Position numbers and translations under genes: made by a program
In this document: positions 58,077 through 64,000 of the stretch, piece by piece
Layout: each line of letters starts with the position of its first letter
How positions within the stretch are numbered: position 1 is the first letter of the stretch
Assembly: GCA_965113315.1 (NCBI GenBank)
Contig: OZ220374.1
Direction: 5' to 3' (one strand)
From: Podarcis vaucheri
Taxonomy: Eukaryota
Length of the DNA stretch: 64,000 nt
Notes under the pieces: model-generated
Database searches by the model: none
Told to the model about the DNA's origin: nothing
Seen by the model: only the letters and a program-made list of their open reading frames with translations

Positions 58077-61000
58077 CTACACAAAAATAATAATGATAAT
58101 AATAATAATATGAGTAATGGTGTCTTGTAAAGCTTTTTGGTATTAAAAATGGTAAAACAGGTTCATATATATATATATATATATACAGAATGAATTATGA
58201 TCAAATAAACAGTACAAATACACATATATAATAATATATGGCCATACTTACACTGTAAAAGCAGGACATCACAGCAACAACAAAAAATACATTTTGCACT
58301 AAAAGTTACACAAATAAGGTAGAGAGAATGTTAGCAAGCAGAAACAGGCAATAGAAAAGGAGATACTAACAGAAGAAAAATATTTTTGTAGCATGCTATA
58401 GTCTATTCCTCTTATAGCGGGTACGTAACTGGAAACTAATCTTATTGGCTTCTGTTAGTGTGTCCCAGTTTGGAATAAGCAGCTGCACATTGCAAGCATA
58501 TAGAATGTAAGCAGACTGCACTTCAGTACCACTTTGAGCCATAACATTCAGATTATGCCCTTAATAAATTACTATTGGGCAATTAAATCAGGGAACTATT
58601 CATGTCGACATCAGGGTTTGTTTTTGCATTTGTTTGTTTGTTTGTTTGTTTAAAAAGATATACCAAGCGGGCTGCAATTCTAGGGAGGGATATATGGGTT
58701 GGGGGAAAATTATTCCTGCTCTCAACTGGCCTGCTTGGGGCCAACTTTATCTCTCCTTAAGTCTCCTCCTGGGAAGTCTACTCTCTTAGATTTCCCAGCA
58801 AACGAAATATATTGTCTCCACCACTAGTGTAAATTAAAACAAAACAAAACAGCCCCCTGCCTCTGTATTTACCCAGTGTTGCCTTTTACTCGGATCTCAG
58901 TTTTGATCAGTATTTTCCAGTTTAAAATTAAAATCCACTGTCAGTAATGAAGCCAGCAGCAGCAGTTTTGCAAGAGCTTTCATGTCCAAAGCAGCAAAAA
59001 GGAAGTCCTGGTTCAGATGTAAGAGTCATCTTAAATTAATAAACTATGATTTCACATCATCAATAATAGTCAAAGACTAAAGCACAATTTCTCCATTAGG
59101 TTGCAATGTGAACCTGTCATTAAAAGAAGAACTGGAGGCAGCTGGGTAGGAAGAGACAAGAAGGGAACGCACAGGCACACTCTCTCAGGCCTTTAAGGAC
59201 TGCAGTTTTCTCAGCTCTGTCTGAATCAGGACCATGGCAAGAGGTCTAGGAATAATTTTATAGTGCCCTTTCCTTTTTGGTGAACTAGTCAGTATGAATT
59301 GAAGTAGGCACCACCAACGCATCTTGCTTAGGCTTTCAGAGCCTTGGTGTACCACTTTTTATAACATCCATGAAATATTTTCCTTAATATGAATTACTGT
59401 TACATATCTCCTTTTATAGTTTTCGTAAGGCCAACATAAAATTCCGTAAAACTGCAACACTCCATGAACAAAAATAAAATAACATAGTTTTTATATGAAT
59501 GGAATGAATAGCTGGATGAGTGTCAAGTTTACATTCACATGGCACCTTTCATCTGCACAGGATGTCAAAGCACTTTACATGCCCTGAAGGATTCAAACTC
59601 AGAGCCATCAGCGTGCAGTTCCCTTAGGGATTTGCTGGCAAATGTTTTCGGCCAACTCATTGCGCAACATTTAGGATGGATTTGGAGAAAGGAAGAGTTT
59701 AAAAACTTTCCAAACCCTTCTTAAAAAACAAACAAAAACAAAAACTTTCTACAGACTTAACCGCTCACCCTTTTTACAATATGCAAAGCGTTACTATTCC
59801 ATCAGGAGGTGAAGGGCCTCCTGGTGTCAAAGCGTATTTACTGCAGGAGCTTTAATATCCTCAGAGTAGAAAGGACCTTTGAGATGCACATCCAGGATAC
59901 TGTTTGGTCAATGTTAATACATTGGTTAAGGCTGAGTCGGGGGAAGCATAACCCCGTACTGAGCCACCGACACCACTTACGGACGCAACGGATGCTCTTT
60001 GAAGTTCACCCATCTTTAAGTACTGACCAGGTAAGAGACCCTGCTTAGCTTCTGACAAATAAGAACCTGGAGTACAGTAAGCAGAGCTACAGAAAAGATA
60101 CAGTCAATTATAAAGATATATTAGTTACTGCGTATTCTAAGCTATGTGCAAAGTCCAATGGGTATATATTACTCTGGCCCAATCCACAACTTCATTACAC
60201 TGCATGCCATTGCACAATGCCCCCTTTGACCCAGGAAATAGGACACCCAAGCTTGCAGCTTTGGCCATGCGTCCTCACTATTAGTCCTTCTGGGTAGGGC
60301 ATTAACTTCAGAAGGTGCATCAAGTATCTGTAGACCTGAGGAATGGCTGTGGGTTAAGAGTCTAGCAGTGCCATGCAGTTCAGCAAAGCTGACTCCGTTG
60401 CCAGTTTAACTCTTGTCTTCCAGCTATATCATGCTTTTCATGGAAACAGAAATGCACCCTTGGTCATTTAGGTTGCAGGCTGTAGGTTTGCTTGCTTTTC
60501 TAACCCCCCTTAAGTAACATGAGATTTTAAAACTGTTGCTAACTAAAAAAAAAACCTTTAAACTTATCCTCACAGGGAAAATGCATGTAGTTCACATTAA
60601 TCTACCATACCCTATAATCTAAGTCCTGACAAGAAATTTTTGCTGAGCTTGTATGGCTGGATGTATTGTGCTTCAGTAAGCTACTTTAGAATACAGGATG
60701 CTATTTTCATAGAATTACACAGATGTGCAAGAACATTTGAACTTCTTAAGGTCTATGAGGTTTTCATGCATCAAATCAGCAGGTTTTGTGCTGACTTAGC
60801 CTTTGTTTTAAGCAGCTCATGTTTTTTCAAGTGTTTATACATACAATTATGAAGTAAATCTCCCTTGTGTATTCCAGTGGCTGAGGGGCTGTGAAAGGAT
60901 TACAAATATTTTGAAGTTACGTTTCTAAAGCCTTGTGTTGGCTCTAGCTATTTATTAACCAAATAGCTCTAAGATTGTGACAATTGTGATTACATGGGAC

Positions 61001-62626
61001 CCGTTTATGCCATGTCCTAATGGAAGCTGAGCCAATGGTGGGATGCTCATCTCTGGCCAAGAGCTCATACAATCATGCTTGTTCCTCCATCTGGTACCAC
61101 ACCGTGGTGCCAACACAGAGGGAAGAATTATTTTCTTTGGTTCACCTCAGGCTATACTTATGGGGCTGAGATGTAGACTTTGCCTCAGTTTCTGGCAAGT
61201 CTATGCAAGTGGAGGCTGAATAGCAACAGTGGGGCGAACGCCTTGGTGTGAATAGGGAAAGTGTCAGCATGACAACAGACCTAAAACAACTTCCCACTCC
61301 TCCACACCTTTGCAGTTTGATTCTGGCTGTTAGTTCACAGAAGCTGTGAGTGAAGGATGCCATTTTAGGTGGTTCAACACCAGAAGCTACCTTCCATTCC
61401 TAACTGTTAATAATGCACAGTCTAATCTACTGCACTAACAAACATTAAACCTGAATAATGCATGTCGGATGGCCAAATACTCTACTCTTTCTTTTTTATA
61501 GAATATTTAGCTAATTTGTAGTAGAATAACACCAATTCCAATGAAACCTGTGGGGTGTTACAAGCTTTTATCATTCACAAAGGAAAAGCTGAACAGGGAC
61601 ACTGTAAAATAACTGAATCATTGAATGCATCATGAAGGTTTCATCAGTCCATGACATAAGCTCTCTATAAATAAGCACGAGTTGCTGGATGTCTAACATT
61701 AATGTCACTTCTATTTCATAGGTTATATAGGGGGACCATACCTTATCAAATATGATCCTTTCTGTGTTGCGTTTGGTGCTCAGACATAGCCAAATCCCAA
61801 ACTTTCCCTTGCCATTCCATCTATCCTGTTCTTAAGCTCGCTAATCTTTCCAATTTATTTACCTGTCACGAGTTCAGAATAGTTTTGCAACATATACGTT
61901 CTGTCTACTTTCCTCTGGCTTACACATACAGCTTCACCCTAGTGATGAAGACTGCTGTTTCTTTACCTATCTATAGTTGCTGACCACACCCAAAAGCAAG
62001 TCTTCCTTGAAGAGTCCAAAAGAAGGCCTTCATTCACACACCCTCTCAAAAAAGCATCTCAGTGAGTTACATAAAACCAAACAAAGCATGAAGTGACAGA
62101 TTATGCTAAATATATGATAGCATCTTAAGATCAATTTTTCAGATTAAAGACTTATGTTTTAAATCTGCAACTCCTAACAACTAGTTTTATATGAGGGCGT
62201 TTCTTTGTATTTCGATGCAGATTTAATTAATCACACAATTTTTGTAAAAGCTTGAGATTTCTCTCTTCCTGTGCAGTAACTTTTATGCTGTTGCCATCTT
62301 AACAGCACTACTCTTTTCCTCTTATTCATCCATGCCTTTAGGAAGCAGAGTCATGGCACATTAACCTGGCTTGGACGTATTCCAAAGTTATTGTATTGCT
62401 ACATGCATAAACACTAGGGCTTATGTACATACCACAGCTGCAAAGAGATCAGAAGGTTTTCGCTTCAATTTGCAACAAACTATGCTTACTTATTCTGTCC
62501 AAACCTAGACAAACTGTGGTTAATCTTAATTATGATTAAGGAAACAAACCAACTGCAAACCATGGCTTATGATCTGGGCTTCTTTCTTAAACTTAAACCA
62601 CTAAGCACAGGTCTCAAGTTGAGAAA

Positions 62627-62777
62627 ACTTGCACTTTACGTGCTTTCGAACTGCTAGGTTGGCAGGAGCAGGGACCGAGCAACGGGAGCTCACCCCATCG
62701 CGGGGATTCGAACCGCCGACCTTCTGATCTACAAGCCTTAGGCTCTGTGGTTTAACCCACAGCGCCACCCGCGTCCC
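62627..62777 (-). mobile_element. Sauria SINE 5' part (young)
   Basis: Reverse strand reads GGGACGCGGGTGGCGCTGTGGGTTAAACCACAGAGCC...GGTTCGAATCCCCGCG. Confidence 0.85.
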
Positions 62778-63064
62778 TTAGTCATTCCTAATAAGTGATG
62801 CTTCAGATGTGATATCATTCATACGTGCAAAGCATTTCCATCTATGAAACAGCGCATAATCCATGTGTACACAGTCGTATACGCCTGAATTTTTCGACAT
62901 GTGTATCACATGGTTTCCAAAACAACAGAATTGGAGGGAGGAACTGAAGTCAGAAAATATGCAGTTCCCCCAAGTGCCAATTACCAAAGCTTATCATGTT
63001 TCAGAACCAACGTTTTATCTTCAGGAACTCTGGTTTTCCTTACGTCAACAGATAGGCAGTGAAG

Positions 63065-63493
63065 TGTAGGTGGGTTCCCACAAGGCAAAACACAGTGATA
63101 ACAACAAGAACCTTTACTGAACTAAAAGAACTTGACAACGGGGGCAAAGCAACTGCTTATATACATTTATGAAGGCTTGGGCCACTCCCACTCCCACCGT
63201 GATTGGCTGTCTAAACTTCCAAGCTGCGAATCATAACTCAGAGTTTAAGGGCCAATGGCAGAGGCCCAAATCCTGAATTGTTCTGTGATTGGATATCCTG
63301 TATCAAATCAGAACACGAGCTCAGAATCCTTAGTCCAGACTCAAGCTCAGGCAAACACAGACCACTGAATACATAACAGGCAGCAACACCGGTGTAAGCT
63401 GCTTCAGAAAGTCTAAGATTGCTCCTGAGCAAAGAATTTTGCATTGATCTGCAATAAATCTCAATAGTTAAGAATAAATACAATATGGTTACA
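63065..63493 (-). mobile_element. Probable solo LTR
   Basis: On -: TGTAACC start, CCAAT (about 63202), TATATAA (about 63157), AGTAAA (about 63112), CCTACA end, in LTR order. Confidence 0.55.
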
Positions 63494-63570
63494 TAGCAAA
63501 TGTTTGTGTAGGTGCACCAACACAAATCATGGTAGCCTGCATATGGCTTATATGTTATATTTTACTAGTA

Positions 63571-63897
63571 CAGTGGTGCCCCGCAAGACGAATGCCTCGC
63601 AAGACGGAAAACTCGATGGACAAAAGAGTTTTCCGTTTTGGAGGTGCTTCACAAAACGAATCTCCTATGGGCTTGCTTCGCAAGACGAAAATGTCTTGCG
63701 AGTTCCTGAGGGTTTTTTTTCCTTTCCCCCCTTTTTCTAAGCCGCTAAGCCGCTTATCAGCTGATCCGATAAGCTGATAAGTCGCTAAAAGCCGCTAATA
63801 GCGCTAATCCTCTAATCCGTCAGTGGGTTTGCTTCGCAAGACGAAAAAACCGCTAGACGAAGAGAATCACGGAATGGATTCTTGCGAGGCACCACTG
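63571..63897. mobile_element. Tc1/mariner MITE
   Basis: TA|CAGTGGTGCCCCGCAAGA...TCTTGCGAGGCACCACTG|TA; internal gcttcgcaagacgaaaa repeats. Confidence 0.85.
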
Positions 63898-64000
63898 TAT
63901 TTGACCCAATTTTGGGTCTTCCTAAAAAAAGCTCAACTTTCGGGGTGTCCTAGTTTTACATGGAGGCACTTTCTGCATTGGAGTTTTGTCTTATCTGAAA

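Noticed and set aside
61146-61938. Two AG...GT bounded segments (55 nt ending 61146; 76 nt ending 61863) as upstream AKAP9 exons
   Set aside because: Lengths are not multiples of 3 and the peptides do not resemble the expected preceding AKAP9 exon, which probably lies beyond the window.
63740-63820. Short spaced repeats (gccgctaa, gctgat) resembling an array
   Set aside because: Internal sub-repeats of the mariner MITE with no unique spacers; eukaryotic context, not CRISPR.

Overview
Vertebrate genomic DNA, most likely from a lacertid lizard (inferred from POM-type Sauria SINE, Squam3-like SINE and BovB copies). The window holds the conserved LRRD1 > CYP51A1 >< AKAP9 block. (1) The last two coding exons of LRRD1 lie on + (711-831, 1344-1524); the final exon is absent from the ORF track. 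(2) A complete 10-exon CYP51A1 (lanosterol 14-alpha demethylase) lies on + at 3223-13357, with a 1509-nt CDS (502 aa) and a CpG-island promoter. (3) The 3' 29 constitutive exons of AKAP9 lie on - from 58076 to 15032, about 2096 aa in continuous frame ending in the PACT domain; the gene continues beyond the window. Introns are dense in SINEs, hAT and Tc1/mariner MITEs, LINE 3' fragments (BovB, Rex1/Babar, CR1) and probable solo LTRs. There is no prokaryotic-type system. The most interesting unexplained signals suggest hidden AKAP9 isoforms: a 300-nt protein-like in-frame exon (53775-54074), an RFX X-box followed by a strong donor (50222-50280), a 39-nt microexon with an RBFOX site, a stop-free 150-nt intron, and a final intron whose retention would give a CaaX C-terminus. 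The CYP51A1 and AKAP9 poly(A) signals also nearly collide. Exon boundaries were read by eye using GT/AG and phase; gene identities rest on recalled protein similarity, not a database search.
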